DNA of 64,000 nt from Lama glama (lineage: Eukaryota): the NCBI GenBank assembly GCA_028534125.1, contig CM052816.1:96102001-96166000 (forward strand). The letters are read 5' to 3'. Numbering within the stretch: the stretch's first letter is position 1; every line of letters begins with the position of its first letter. The translations under genes and the position numbers were made by a program. Positions 25,561 through 40,152 of the stretch are shown piece after piece. The notes under the pieces were generated by a model, which saw only the letters and a program-made list of their open reading frames with translations, did not search any database and was not told the DNA's origin.

Positions 25561-27411
25561 TTTCCCAGTGGTTTCTTGAGTTGCCATTGCTCTTCCTTTC
25601 TCCTTTCTTTTTTCTTCTTTTCTTTCCTTTTTTAAATTTTCCTCCTGTTGAATTTGCTTGCTCATTTCTTACTCTTTCATTTGACATATAAACTATTGCC
25701 TGTCACATTTTAGGCACTAGACCCTGTGTTGCAGGCATGACACTGAGCCAGGCAGATGTCAGAGCCTTAGGGTTCTGCCTCCCAGGAACAGAGAAACTGA
25801 TCAGAGGCTCCATGGGAGTGAAGATGAGCAATACTGATTAGGGCCGTAGGGGGCGCCATGATCTCCTTGGGACACAAATGTCCTGTGCATCTCTGGTCAG
25901 ATCCCTCCTGTGGTCTTACCTAAGCCCCAGTCATCTCTTCTTTCTCTGTATGAATACTTCCTATAACTCTACAAACACCTGTAAAGATCTTGCATCTATG
26001 GCTGCCATGTTTAAAGACGGCATTAGTGCTAGTTCCCTAAATGAATTATAAACTCTTAGAACAGATGATATATCAACAGCTTTTTATAGCTCCAGGGTCT
26101 TGTACTTATTTTGCTATAAATAAGTATTTTTTAAAATGGACTTGCCTGTAACGTGAAGAACTCTAAGTAAAATATTAAAAAGAATCAATATACCATACAC
26201 CCTAAAATTTCAAAAACCAAATGCAGATGTCTATGTAGGTCAACTCTGATTTCCTTTAAGCAGAATCCATCTTCCAGTTCATGTCATTTCTCCCCAGTAC
26301 CTGATAGTAGAGAGACGCCATGGTTGTTATGCAAAGTTACTGCTTACATATGATGCACCCCATCCATTCACATCACAAAGACCTTTCTGTAGGATATGTT
26401 ATAGAATGTGGGCATGTTTCCATGTTAGATCTGTTTTTAGCATCTGTTTTAGTTGAAAGAGATTATTTCTGTGCGACACATTTTTTCCTCAAACCAGTAA
26501 CCGGATTTGACAGTTGTCATATGTGCCTGTTTAGTGATGTTACTCAGAATATCAAATGCATGGAAGAAGACAGGCAGGTCACATGGTTAATTGTCAAGGA
26601 TAATGATAAGTTTCAGCACGACTGGCAGGCAAGTCCCTGAAGATTTTTCAGTGTCAGAAATGAGCCAATGAAAGTTGCAAAAATGGCTCATAAAGCAGGG
26701 TCCTGTCCCTCTTCAAATGCTGTCATGTTGTAATAATCGGACCCAAGCTGAGGGTCATTTCACCGGAGTTAACAGTGCTTGTAAAAAACCTGTCTCTAAA
26801 GAGTGGCTATTTCCTGATTTCCCTCCTGAAAAAAAATGCAAATAAAGTCTAGAAGTAACGTGGCCTTCTCGTCTAGAAAGGACTGAATGTTTAACAGGTC
26901 TAATCCTGGGGCCAAAATAGAAACCCAAAGGGCAGGGAAATGGAGCGTCCACTTTGAAAGAAGGCAAGTGGTGCTCCTGTGCTGGTTCTCGCCCCAAAGG
27001 AGGGCTTTTGTGATTTTTCCAAGTCTTCAGCTCTTTTCAGTCAAGTCGCACAGGAAATGGTCTTGTTTGCCTTCAGTGCTCCTCTGATGAATCATGTGAA
27101 TGCTGTGTTATTTTCTGCCCAGTCCAGGGCCAAAAGGAAAACGCACATCTGGCCTGTAAATCACAACCAAGCACTGAAGCTTTGCTCCCTGTTTTATTGG
27201 GTGGCTAGCCCTCTACATTTTACACATTCTCAGTGTGGATTATGTGACACCTTGATGGAAACCTCCAGGGGCCCCTAAATGATCACATCACGGGACCTTC
27301 AAATCCTCCCTGAAATGGAATGTTTGCTACCTGATGTGAATTCTCTGCAGTCCACAGAGGAAAAGAATCATTCATTTTTATCTTCTTATTTATTTATTTT
27401 TTCCTGTTTAG

Positions 27412-27511
27412 AAATTGGCCCCTGGTTACGGGAGTTCAGAGCGAAGAATGCTGTGGATTTCTCGCAGTTAACATTTGACCCAGGACAGAAAGAACTTGTT
27501 GTAGGAGCAAG
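27412..27511 (+). CDS. SEMA5A: Semaphorin-5A internal coding exon (start of Sema domain region), 100 bp, phase 1 to phase 2
   Basis: Translates to (E)IGPWLREFRAKNAVDFSQLTFDPGQKELVVGA(R), matching recalled mammalian SEMA5A. Polypyrimidine tract plus AG acceptor (ttttttcctgtttag, AG at 27410-27411) and donor AG|gtgaga (GT at 27512). Confidence 0.97.
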
Positions 27512-27694
27512 GTGAGAGATCTTACGTTTTGCCACCACAGATATTTTCAGACTTCATTTTACATGTGTGCAGTTACACGTGAGCTTCTCTGCTGTAGGTG
27601 ATGAGTGCTAAGTGATATGTCTTCTGAGAATGAAATTCCATATGCGTGTCATGAAGTATTCAACTACAAGCAGGATGACTCTTGCTTGCTCTTT

Positions 27695-27950
27695 ACAGCA
27701 AATGTTTCTTGGCTCTCCCAGTGTGCCAGGAGCTGGTCTAACATGAATGAATTCATTTTATTTTTCCTCCTATGCAACCTGAGAGGTAGGTATTGTCACC
27801 ATCCCTATTTTAGAGATGAGGAAATTGAGGCAGAGAGTGGACAAATATGCTGCTCTGGGACACATTTTTTATATCTAATAAAAGATGGACCCAGGTTTCA
27901 GACCCAGACAGTTTGACTCCAGAAACCATGTTCTTACCTTCTTACTGCAT
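27695..27950 (-). mobile_element. MIR SINE
   Basis: gaggtaggtattgtcaccatccctattttagagatgaggaaattgaggcagaga...ccagacagtttgactccaga. Confidence 0.85.
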
Positions 27951-30696
27951 TTTTTAGCACAATTCTAGAGATCAAGAGACCTTGCTGTCCATTCCAACGT
28001 CCACCAAGCCATTTACTGGTCAATTGAGAATCCAGGGAAGTTGTTATTTCTCTTAAGGAGCATGAGCTCCTGTGTCCAGGTCAACATCTGACGTTCCAGC
28101 TTGACATGAGGCCACTGGAACCCAATCAGGACAGATCTTGTGCCGTGTCCCTCATATTTAGAATCACTTCCTTAGAAAACGTGCATCCTCTCTGCCTTCC
28201 AGTCACCTGTCCTGCCAGTGTGTTCTGTGGATGATACATAAAAAAATGTCATATTCATCTCTTAGGAAAAGTGATACAATAACTTGAAGAGGCCCTTTGC
28301 AGTTCGGACTCTTCTGGCATTCAAGAAAAGCACCTTGGACAGAGGAGCGCATGTATCTTTCCTGGCCAAATTCACTAGATCATGAAACATACCTTTCAGT
28401 GCAGGAGAGGTGGTGCAGTTCCCACACAGACCTGAGTGAAGCTAGATCTGGCTTAGACTCTAGACACTCTGCCCAGACATTGTACAGTTTCTAGAATCAC
28501 AGCCTTTACTCTCAGATCTTAAGAAGATCTTGTACCTCCACCCAGCCCTTGAAGACATGAGATGTAAGGTAGTAACTTTAAATGAATAGACAGAAGTTGG
28601 CTTAGTTCCTGGCACTTAACATGTCGCTTGTTTCTCTCTGATGTCTCTGAGTGCACAGCGAGGGTGGAGTGAGCGTACTGGTGGACTTTTGCTTACTTCA
28701 GCCCGTTGGGCACCACGTGGGGGATTTCTGATGCTGACTTCCGTCAAATTCCATCACTCCGAGCCTGGGTTGTTTATTGCAGGGCATTTTAACTGGTCTC
28801 TTGGCCCCCAGATTTTTTCCTCCTTCTGCATACCCTAGCCAACATCCTCTTTTAAAAATGCCGCCTCAGTAGCTCCCCTGGATACGTGCCAGCTCTGTGA
28901 TGTAGCCCATCAGACCCTCTGGCTTAGGGTCCCACCTCCCACGGGGACACACGTCTTTTTCATTTTCACCTAGTCCAGGCCTGTGGAATTATTTACGTTG
29001 TCCACAACTATAAAATGTCCTGTTTCTTGCCTCTAGGATTTGGTTACCTTTTTTTGCTTTCCTAGAATATATTACCTTCCCACCCACCCAGCCCCATCCC
29101 AAGTTACCTACTTGGTGAACTCATTGTAAGGATCTGGCTCAAGGGCCCTTCACTGGCTGCGAGCTCCGCAGGGTCCTGTCGGCACCCCCGTCACCTACCT
29201 TTACTACTGCACTTGCTGTGGTTATTTCCTGTCACCTTCACCACCCCCTTCCCCACTATCAGATAGTGACTTGCCAGGTGGCAGAGGATGTGTCTGTCTT
29301 CTCTTTGTTTCTCTAAAATGTAGCACAGTTTCTCCTCTAGGTGGAAGCTCAAAGATACCTGTTGATTCACCATATGTATTGCCAGAGTTTGATTTGTATA
29401 TGTGCCCCTCTGTATTTGGTAGGACACTTAGGGGAAGGAGGGACCCTCCTGCTGGGGTAGCAGGTACAAATATGACCTCAACTGATGTAGCTGAGTCTTG
29501 CGTCTCTCATTCAGCCCTAAAGAACTTTGGGAAAACTTTTCCTGTGAGCTTCATTCAAAAGACTCTTCATTGTTTCTGGAGGTCCTTGATGCCACAGGGA
29601 CAAGGCAGCATCTCACACATGCCTACACTCTGCAGGGGGTGGTCTTTTGGTCAATAACATAGGTTCTCCTAATGAGGATGTGAGGAGCCACTGAGAAAAC
29701 TGAGATTTAGGAGAGACAGCTCCATGGTCCTATTCTGGCTGCAGACAGCACCTGAGAATTGTTGCCGGGTGACACCTATCCCTGACGGTCTGTATCCCAG
29801 CATCCCTGGAGGGCTCCATCCCAGAGGTCCTCAAGGTCTCCATCCATCTCATCTCACCACAGTCCCAGTGCAGCCATGGGGGGATTGGACTAGCCACTGA
29901 GTCAAGCTCGCATGCAGTATGGCATGATGACCAGAAGCAGTAAGATTGTCAGACAACACGTAAAACTCGAGATGTGCAGGCAAACTTGAATATCAGATAA
30001 GCAACCCTAAGAGCATGGGCTATATTTTCTATTCTAGAACAGTACATGGTACAGCATAGACACTCAATAAGGAACTGAAAGAAAGAAGGGAAAAGAAGAC
30101 AAAGGCAGATGGATTTGTTTAACTGCACATTCTTGAGCCCATTTCAGAGTCTAATTTTCTCGTCTTTAAGGTGGATGTAACTATTGCTGCCCCGTTCAGC
30201 CGTCGTGAAATAATCCATGAAAAGGGATTGTCACGCGGCAGGCGTCCTGTAAGCGCGCAGCGGTGGGGAAGCTTGTGGCTGCCTGCGGGCTTTGGCACCC
30301 TCGTGCCTGTGCATTTCAGGCAGGTGTCACTGAGCGCGGAGCATAGCAGTCTCACCTAAGATGCTTGGTGGGGTTAGGCTCAGAAGGTCTGAGAGGGAGT
30401 GTGAGCCAGTTATAAAACTTTAAAAATAACTCAGCCCTCAGATTCCTGTTTGGGAGGGCTTAACCTAGCAGAAGAAGTTTAGATAGCAGGTGTTTATTTC
30501 AGAAATCTGTAATGGTTTCAATATATGAGCAGTGGAAAAATACAATGGTAGTCTTTTTGTTTTTTTCACAGTTAGCATTAGGCATTGTAAAGGCATTTAT
30601 TGGATGCTTGTGCTTTATACCAGTGATACTTGATGTTCCTGAAATTGAATTCAGTTAAAATTCTTTGTGCTTTTGCAAAAAGTTCTCCTGCTGGGG

Positions 30697-30735
30697 AAAA
30701 CCAAAAACCAAAAACCAAAAACCAAAAAACAAAAC
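30697..30735. repeat. (AAAAACC)n short tandem repeat
   Basis: aaaaccaaaaaccaaaaaccaaaaaccaaaaaacaaaac seen directly. Confidence 0.85.
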
Positions 30736-33549
30736 ACTTAGGTGCTTTGTATTTATGTATACCAGAAGGTAGTTGCATCTGAATTCATGCAATTTCTGGT
30801 AATTACTTAAATTTACCATTTCCAAGGTGCACATTATCTTTCATATTATCTTACAAGCATTGATATTCATCTCGTGTTTTGCCCACATCTCTTTAAAAAT
30901 CAATAATGTTTGTGTTTTCAATGATGAGACCCAGGCATTTTCATTTTAGGAAATGGAGAAAACACTGTAAAGCTTAAAGAAAAAACACAATTTCAGAAAT
31001 AATCACAGTTAACCTTTTCAGTTATTTCCCTGCAGTATTTGATTTCTATTTGTTTATATTTTTGGGGTAATAATTTTATGGATGATTTGTTTACTTCTTT
31101 GTTTAAAAAAAAACTGCTATGAAGTTTTATAAATTCCAAATGAAAGAATGTATTGAGGTCTAGAGAATTTTGTGTAGATAATTATAAATGTAATGATAAT
31201 CATAATAGTTCACAAAGTAGATACAAGTGTAAGTGTTGCTGTGCCTGGGACTGTAACAACAGATAGAAGCGTGATGGCATTCTATCCTCCACATGAATCT
31301 GTTTGTCTTCAGTGTATCAGGATTATTGTTGTATGGATGACAAGTGACTCAGTGCTGAATCCAAATGTTATTCCAAATGGCAACTAACTTAGTCCACACA
31401 CAGAGTGACGTCTGACAATAATCAGGGCAGTTACCCATTAGCCCTATTTTTGTGAAGCATAAATCCATACAATAGTCATGAAAAAAAGAGCTTCTCATCA
31501 AACAGAATGTGAGTTCCTTCCAGCTTTTCTGTTTATCTCTTGGGCTTTCATTTCTCTTCTTCCTGTAACTCGATTTCTGATCATCTTACTCCTCTCTAAC
31601 AAGCTTCGGTGTCATATAAACATATAATTGAAGAGCATAGTCTTGCCACCTGTGATATTGTAGTAAGTACACTCACCTGTAAGCTCTCACACAGTCCAGG
31701 AGGTCCACCCATCTGCTGATGACTCAAGTGATGGCACTGAAGCTCAAAGACCCAATAATTGGGTCAGATAAAAATCATAATTGATGAAAAATATAGGATC
31801 TATGTATGCCTTTGGAAATTTCAAATTTTAGCGCTATTAAAATTACACCCCTAAAGGGGAACTCTATGAATATACCAATTGAGAGTGTAATGGGGCTGCG
31901 TGGGCTGCCTGGACACCTGACCCAATGTGAGTACCAGCCCAGAGCCGTGTGCCTTGTATGGACCATGCCCTTACAGTCAGTGGGCCATTTCTGTATATTG
32001 GAAGATTCTCCTGTATCTCTGTCTGTATGACAAATAGTATAGATGTCTAATCAGCATGTTTACTTCTAAAAAAAGAAACTAAAACCGAGTGCTTTCAAGG
32101 CAGAGCTTGGTCTTTGCAGCAGTCACAGCAAACTGGTCTTGAAAAATTTTAGGGTATTATTTAAACTATTGTTTTGCCCATGGTTTGTATCTACAAAAAT
32201 AAAGATAAAAAGGAAAAAAATTACCTTGCTTTTGGTTATGCTGGCACTGAATTTGCTTTAATAATTCCAACATATATTCCCATGAGATCACACTGAATGA
32301 ATGGGCAGGCTTCTATTTAATTAGTGTAAGTCCCTCCTTTCAAAGTGACTTTGCCATTGGTTCATATGAGTATCACCTTCTAAAATTAACTGATATAATT
32401 CTCTCTTTTTTTTTTGGTGGTTATAATTCCTGTTTTTATTTTGAGGTTTTACCTTAGAACTAATCTGTTGGAAGCAGTCTATAATTAAAAGGAAAACTGG
32501 AGATTTCTATGAGATCAGTAATTCTGCTTCCAGTAGCCACAACTTCTTTCCATTTTCCAAAGGACACAGTTTAGTCAAGTTTGTACAATTAAAGGTAACT
32601 CATGCTGAGTGGAATGAAATCAGCAATTAAGAGTGAATCCAAAAAGCAGTAAACCCCCATCGTGAAGAGAAATCCGGGTAATGATGGTGCTGGCGTTGTA
32701 TTTATATTAATTATGACTTGGGAAAAGCAGCTGGTGATGGAAGGAAGGATGGCGCTCTCATTCCTGCTCTTCGTTTTTACCCCAGGCTACCTGGAACCTT
32801 TTTAAACCTGTACTTTTTGGTTTACCTATTTCCTTCTCCCTGTTGGCTCTTGATTTATAGGTGTGTTTTCTTCTTAAGAGTCCCTTTGTTTATCTTCTTC
32901 TTTTTCTGCCTTTCTTCCAATAGGCCTGTTTAATTCATTATCCTAATCTGTGTTTAAAAAAATATATCCATCCTTTGTCTTCCTGCTTTATTACCTTTTG
33001 TAGAATATTTAGCACACATCAGTCAGTGCACCTAAGTATCATGGTGGCAGTGGGGGGTGGGGTGTTCATTAGCATTAAGCTGCCTCTGCCCCTCCTTCCA
33101 GCTGCGCTGATCCAGTGGGCTGGAAGGTGGTCCCAGAGTGTGAGCTTTAAGACGTCCAACCATTGTGTTTCTTTTGCTGTTACAAAACAAAAGCAAAGTA
33201 ATCTCTGCATTTGTGTCTCTGCTGGAGGTGGGGAGAAAACAAGTCTACGAGAATACTTACTTAGTTATAAATACACATAGAGCTTGCCCATTCCCTGTAT
33301 TCCATCAGTGAGTCAACAAAGGAGTGTGACCAAAATTCACCAGCCTCTTTACTTTGAGTGTGTGCGCTGCAGGTTCTGAGTGCGGAGAACTTTTTTCCCA
33401 GCCAGACCCACAGAGGGGCCATCAGAATTCATTAGTTCGTGTAGTTGCTCTTTCACGACTCTTTCCTCAAAGACTGATCGAAGCTGTTTCATGCCAGGAA
33501 GTAGCTTAGGCTTGGGGAAGTGAAGATGCAGCAGAGTCTCTACCTGATA

Positions 33550-33745
33550 AAGGCTTGACAGCCTAGTGCAAAGGTTGGCCTCCTGATTTTGTAAATAAAG
33601 TTTAATTGGAACACAGCCACACTCGTTCATTTGCATATTCCCTATGGCTGCTTTCCTGGTTTAACTGCAGAGATGAGTGGTTCCAACAGAGACCACAAAG
33701 GTGAAGTATTATTATTTAGATCATGAAAAAGTTTCCTGACTCCTG
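33550..33745 (-). mobile_element. MER58A MITE
   Basis: ttttgtaaataaagtttaattggaacacagccacactcgttcattt...ctatggctgcttt...caacagagacca. Confidence 0.85.
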
Positions 33746-33759
33746 GCCCCCTGGGTGTG

Positions 33760-34740
33760 AGGGACAGAAGCAATGAAGTTCTCCAGGGAGGCCTAAAGAA
33801 AGGGCCCAGGAAACACCAAGAGTAAAGAAAGGTGATGGACCTTGTGGATGAAAAGGACACACTAAGAAGGTGCTCTTTCAGCCGGGTCTTGGAGAGGCAT
33901 CGGGGGTCTGGCAGGTGGGAGAGTCTTACTGGCAGAAAGACCAGAAAACAGGGAGGCTAGAGATCCTGGTGAGGTAGGAAAGAGTTCATCTTGACTGGAC
34001 CTGTTAGTGACCGAGAGGAGGGGTAATTGTAGGTGAGGCTGAAGCTTTAGTTACCTAAAGAAGAGCTTGGGTTTAATCCTCTAGACCAGTGTTGCCAATT
34101 CCAGCAGCCATGAGCATGGTCTGAGAAACCTTTCAAGAAATGCCAAGGGCCAGCCTTCCCTCAGATCGTTTGAATTAGACTTTCTGAAAGTAATGTTGGA
34201 ATCTTTGGTTTAATCAAGCCTCTGGTCATCCACTGGCCTGGCCAGTTTGAGAATCTCTGCTAAAGACGTTAGGTGCTCAGGAGATTTCTAAGGCCATGTA
34301 TTTCCATGCTCAGATTTGCTTTAGGAAGCTACTTTGACCATACTGTGTGCAGAATGTGCTGGAGTCCAGAGAGTTTAGGGGTAGGGATGGCAGCTGGGGG
34401 CTGCGGATCAGGTAGAGAGAACTTAAAGTCAGGCAGTGATGGTGGAAATGGAGATAAATCAGATTTGAGACGTTTCAGATTTGGGTTTGACAGTGACTGA
34501 TAGAGAATCACAACTGCTGGCTGAGGGCAAGTGTCGAAGATGAGATTTGGGAGCAAGATTTGAAGTCTGTCTTGTTGTGATGCCATCATCTGGGACTGAG
34601 CATTTGGGAAATGAGCTGTAAATCTTGATTACTTGAAGATACATGAAACATAACCTCAGATTTTGCTAACTCTGAAGACAGCCCAGAACGATCACTGTAT
34701 ATGGAGATAATCTGAAGGGGGAATATTCCTAGGAAAGCAT
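33760..34740 (-). mobile_element. L2 fragment with nested MER5
   Basis: ggcagtgatggtggaaatggagataaatcagatttgaga and gtgactgataga match reverse-strand L2. Confidence 0.6.
34087..34260. mobile_element. MER5-family hAT MITE
   Basis: cagtgttgccaa...gaaatgc...tgaattagactttctg...tttaatcaagcctctgg...agtttgagaatctctg. Confidence 0.6.
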
Positions 34741-37700
34741 AGGTTAATAGAATCATAAAGTAATTCAACTGGTATTTTTTTCAAATGAAAAATGATCTCT
34801 ATTAACTAAAAAATGGAAAATAACAAACCAAATACCCAATGGACCAGGAAAAGCAGAAGTCATGAGTTAAATTGAGAGCAGTAAGTCATTATCTGTAATC
34901 CTCAAAGCACTTAGAGATTTGCATATAATATTTAGAACATAATGAAAATTAATTATCAGTGTGATTATTGACAGTATCGATTAATAACTTTGTCCCTAAA
35001 TATGCTTATGGGAAAAGGTTTTCCTGATTTCAAATCTCTGAAATTTACAAACAACATTGGTCTTAATCATTGCAACCCACTAAAAATCCATTTCTGTTGT
35101 TTTGTCCTACTTGTGAAATAGTAAGAGGTTATTTATCTACTTCTGTGCCTTTTAATTGTGGTATTTAAAGTTACAAAAGTGCTATTAAAATGGTTCAATT
35201 TTGATTTTGATGTGTTCTTTGAGACTTATTTCTTTGGGATGGATGATGAAATAAGCCAGTGCGATGTGGGGAGAATGCGTACTGGACATACGTGCTAATA
35301 ACAACAGTAATAAAGTCAGAATTATTTTAGATGTTTTCTAGCCCAAAGTACAGACGTTTATCATTGTTGAGGGGGGTCGGAAAAATTCTGAGGAGGTAGC
35401 TCATAATATGACCGTATTCTGCATTCGTCACCAAGTTTAAAAATATATTAGCAAAGAAAACATTCAAAACGTGATCTAAATGTGATCTAGATATTTAAAT
35501 ACAGTGCTACATATTTAAAAAAGCTTGGTAATACTAAACCTTAATTAAACTCCCAAAAACCTTATGGAAAAAACACAATAAAGAGATATTTTTGGAATGA
35601 TTATAATAATACAAAAAACAAAGATTCCTAGATTTTGTTTAGAATCAATCAGCATAATGAATGTCTTAGGAAAAGCAATTATGGAGAGGTTGGTGAACTA
35701 CCTGAATTGGTTATGTGATGAAATTAAATCTTTATAAAGTTGTTGAGATGACTGAGGCATTAAATATTTACACGTAAATAATTAAAATAATTTTTAGAAA
35801 ACCATTTTGTGCTGTAAAGGATATAGTTATTACTTTTCCTTTGCTTCAAAGTCACCAATTTGTATTTTAATCTTTAAGTCGTCAATGCAATTGAAGCTTC
35901 GGGTGTCCTGTAGGAAGTCGCGGTGTCGAGCTCTGTGCCAGTGGGATACTGACGACAGTTAGGACAGACTTGCGCAGCAAGTAGAGACCACGGAGTGGAT
36001 GGCTGGCATGGGTGCAGGTGGGGCTGGCTTTATTCTCAGATGTGCCCAAATGGTGACAGTTTATGTGCAGTAGGTTTTGTATTCAGATTGCTTCATGAGC
36101 AGTGGTGATCTAAACTTTTATTATACAGCCAAAAAATGTAAGTTTCTGTCACCTCTGTCTAAAACGTTTTCCCTAGATTTACTTGATTTTCTTGTCTCCG
36201 TTTTCTCTGTGCAAAGTGCAAGGCTATCTTCCTGAATTGTTCAATCTCCTGCTCCTTGGTTATAAGCAAGCCTCTGACATCCGTGTTCAGTAAGATCTTG
36301 GAATCTTTTTCTTTGATTTTATAGCTAGAGTCATCAGAGACCAATTGAGTTATTCTAAGAGAATGTCATTTTAAAACACCTGTGTCTTTCATAATTAATG
36401 GAGGTCAGAGTTAAGTTTTATAGTGTTTCTGGATAAAATGAATCATTTACTTAATATGCTCATGATGGCGCAGCCTTTTCTTTAATGCTGGCTGAATTTT
36501 ATTACTTTGCATGAAGACGCGAATGAACTTTGTCTATTAAGGCCCTCATGGCTCCCTCAGAGAATATATTGTTGTGCTTAGTGATTTGTGGCTAATAGGC
36601 CGCTGGGGGAGGTGATGGGGTGCAAGAAGGAGTTATTCGAGTTTCTAGTCAAAGAGAAATACACTCTGGTGAAGAGGGAGAAGACACACGCAGATGTCTA
36701 GTGGGGAAAGGATAAATGGGCTTCAGAACTGTCAGTTTGTGTCTGCCAGATTTAATGGCTTTGTGATTTGAATTATTCAGTTTATTTGATCTGTGTCTTC
36801 CTCATATATTACTCCTTAAATAACATGGTTACTACATTTTGCATGTGCAATGTCAAATTTTATTCCAAGGCATTTGAAAGAGAGTAGGTCCATACCAGGG
36901 GAAGAAAATCCCATACTTTCATTGACTGTGGCCATAAAATTGAACCTTTGCAGCATGGTTAAACTCTTGCTTTGTACTTCTGTAATGAAAGGGGAAAGTG
37001 GCAGTATAGATCAACTCCCCTGAGCCACACAACTAATATACTCAAGAAGCCAGTCTCTTAACCTCCTGTCCCACTGCCTCTCTCCCCGAAGAATGGCAAT
37101 ATTCCTTATTACCGGCTATTTACATCTAGGGGTGTTACAAAGATTAATGAGACCACTTAAATGCTTTGAGTTGCTCAAAGCATCGCCCTGCTAGAGAAAC
37201 TGACCCTATATGAAACATTTGGTTAGCATTCCCTCTTGGCTGGAAGTCAGAAGCATCACTCCTTCTTGTTGGGAACGTTGGTAGCCTTTCTCGTGAACCT
37301 CACATACGTTGTTTTCTCTCCTCTGTGTGCTCACAATTGCAAGATAAAGTGGTTGCCTCTTCTGTAATGCCCTGGAGGACAGCCACTTGCCGGGGACCAT
37401 AGATCTTGCTTTAGTGTGTGAGTGACCCAACATCTGGGAATATACATTTTTTTATTCCCTTTAGAAGATTTTCTTTCTTTTTGTAACCTTTAACTTCATA
37501 GGTCATTGACCTAAACTGTGATGAATCAAGCTGTCTTGGGAGATTTCTGGTCCCTCGTGTTGCTAGCTGGATTGGAATTTTTCCAACAGCAAAAATATAC
37601 TTGGAGTTGTATTTGAAACCAAATAGATTGATGAAAAGATTTTGAGAATAGTAGAAGCTACACTGTGTTTTGTTAGATTCGTAGGTTCCAGACATGTGAT

Positions 37701-38675
37701 TAGGGAATTACATACATTTTTCATTTATATTTCATTTTTTACAATTTTTTAAATTGTTGAAAATTGTGAGAGAGAAAGTGAATACTAGAATGTGTGATAT
37801 TAAATATTTCTAATATGGAAAATTCCAGCAAGGCATTGAATTGCCCACTTGGGGTTTGTGTCAACATGGTCATGTATTAAACAAATATTCGAAAGAATTT
37901 ACCAACGCTTTGTCTCCAAAATCAAACAAATGAAAAAAACAGCAACAAAAATGTAACCAACGAACCAACAGAAAACTAGACCTTAAATAGACATGGAGGC
38001 TATGCAAGATTATACATGGTTCCAATAAGGCAAGTTTCAAAACTTTCAAATCAGCTTAATCTACTGACTTAATGATTAACAAATATTACCTGTAAGTATA
38101 ATTATCGAATGCATTTTCTTACATCTTTTGTATGCTGAGATTTCATTTAAGATGATTGAAATACGGTACTCAGTTGCAAAAAATAAAAACACTTGAAAAG
38201 TATTAGTCAGGAATTTATTGAAATATATCATGATAACAATTATTTCATAAGATGGCAGTGTGTTTACCCAACTCTGTTGCTCATTTCATGTCTCTAAAAA
38301 GGGTCGCAGTCTTTTAGGAATTTGTGTCAAACATACTGACAGACTGTACAGTTTAGCTCTTTCATTTCATAAATGAAGAAACTTGGGCACTCTTAAAATA
38401 AGTATGGGTAGGCCATTTTAGGAAGAATTCGTGTGAAATAAAGAGGGAGAAAGGAGGCACCAGGTAATTAGCCAGACCCCTAGGATTAACATGTTCCCTT
38501 GATGGGGAGACATATGCCACAGTCAGATCACAGCCCCAGAGGTGAGAATCACTTACCCACAGTCAAAAGCTTGTCACTAGTACTGCTAAGATTTGAATTG
38601 CCTCAAAATGATTTGTAAAGGTACCTGTGAATGAACATGGCGATGTGAAATAATTGTACTGTAAGAATGATTCCT

Positions 38676-38702
38676 GTGTGTGTGTGTGTGTGTGTGTGTG
38701 TG
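38676..38702. repeat. (TG)n microsatellite
   Basis: Seen directly. Confidence 0.95.
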
Positions 38703-39398
38703 GTGTCAGTTATGTTAGGAAGGGGACATTGGATAACTGATTGGTGAGGCCCTTTGGCACAATGGGATAAAGGACACCAAACTGAGGGGTCTTGTTTCTA
38801 ATCATAGGACTTTCTCTGAATCCTAATAATCTTGGATAAATCACACTGCATCTCTTAATTTGCAGACATTTCCTCATCTGAAAATTGAGAGGTATATACC
38901 CTCTAAAACACAGCCTCACTCCAGAATTCTTGGATTCTATTTTTTTTTTTTTAGGTCAAAAGCAGTTGAGGATAGGTTAAAAATCACCCACATGCATCTC
39001 ATAAGCCAGAAGATAACAAAGGAAAAGTTCAAATCTTTGGTGCTTTTCCTTCATTAGGGCATTGGGCATAGTGATGGTGGTGGTGGTATCTCATAATTAC
39101 TGGGTTATTTTTCCTGGTTAGCACACCCCTCCTCTCTGCCCCTTCTGTTCACCTGTTGAATACCTCTGCCATCGTGATTGATTCCTGATGAGTTGGATGT
39201 GAGGGCACCAGAGTTCTCAGTTGTCTGGGGAAGGAAGAGTAAAAGGTTGAAATCCACTGGTAGTGACTTGGGGAAAAGAGGGGTGCCTTTACAGACTGTT
39301 GGGACTGGAGAGGCAGAAGTGGTCAGCAAAGGTAGATTTGGCTGGGGAGATGTAGACTGACAGTGTGGCATGTTTGTCATCGTAAATCAACGTCTTCC

Positions 39399-39743
39399 TG
39401 CCTTAGTCCACTTGGATGGCTGTGACGAAATGCCACAGACTGGGCAGCTTATAAACACCAGAATTCTCACAGTTCTAGGGGGTGTAAGTCCAAGATCAGG
39501 GCGCCAGCCTGGTTGGGTTCTAGTGAGAGTCCTCTTCTAGGCTGAGATGGGCGACTTCTTGCTGTGACCTCACAAGGTGGAAGGATGAAGCCTCTTTTAT
39601 AAGGGCACTGATCCCACTCATGAGGGCTCCACCCTCATGACCAGGTCACCTGCCAAAGGCCCCACCTCCTGATACCTTTACCTTTGGGGTTTAGGATTTC
39701 AACATGTGACTTTTCGGGGGACATGAACATGCCGATGATAGCA
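39399..39743 (-). mobile_element. MLT1A-type MaLR solo LTR
   Basis: TG...CA ends, 5-bp TSD cttcc (39394-39398, 39744-39748); gtccaagatcaggg, tcatgagggctccaccctcatgacc, aggatttcaacat. Confidence 0.9.
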
Positions 39744-40152
39744 CTTCCCCGCTGGAAAACACCTGAAAATTGGACCTATGGGTGTGAGAGGATGCTCTCC
39801 ACACCTCCTGCAACCCTCTCCCCAAGCAGAGAGAAGACTTGGCACTTCTCTCTCTAGCTGTCCTGGCTGTCGCACCACAGAACATCATGGACACTACCAC
39901 CCTCTTTCCTCAGTGGCATGAATGCACTTCCAGCTCTTCCTTAAGGTATTAGATCTGCCTTTCTAGAATGTTCCCAGAGACAGATATTGTAGTGTGGGCT
40001 TGCGTGCGTGTATGTGCGTGGGGCAGGGATGCGGGAGAGAAGAAAAGGAGAGAAAGATGGCCTTGCAGTATCATCAAAGCTCTCAAGTAATTCAGTGAGC
40101 ACAGTATGAATGGGTTCTTTTATTATGAATATTTACAGAAAAAGTCTTTTTT

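Noticed and set aside
27279..27515. 78-aa ORF as a standalone gene
   Set aside because: Only 27412-27511 is coding; the N-terminal part is intron and polypyrimidine tract read-through.
31749..31765. Palindrome gacccaat-a-attgggtc
   Set aside because: 8-bp arms are expected about once per 64 kb by chance.
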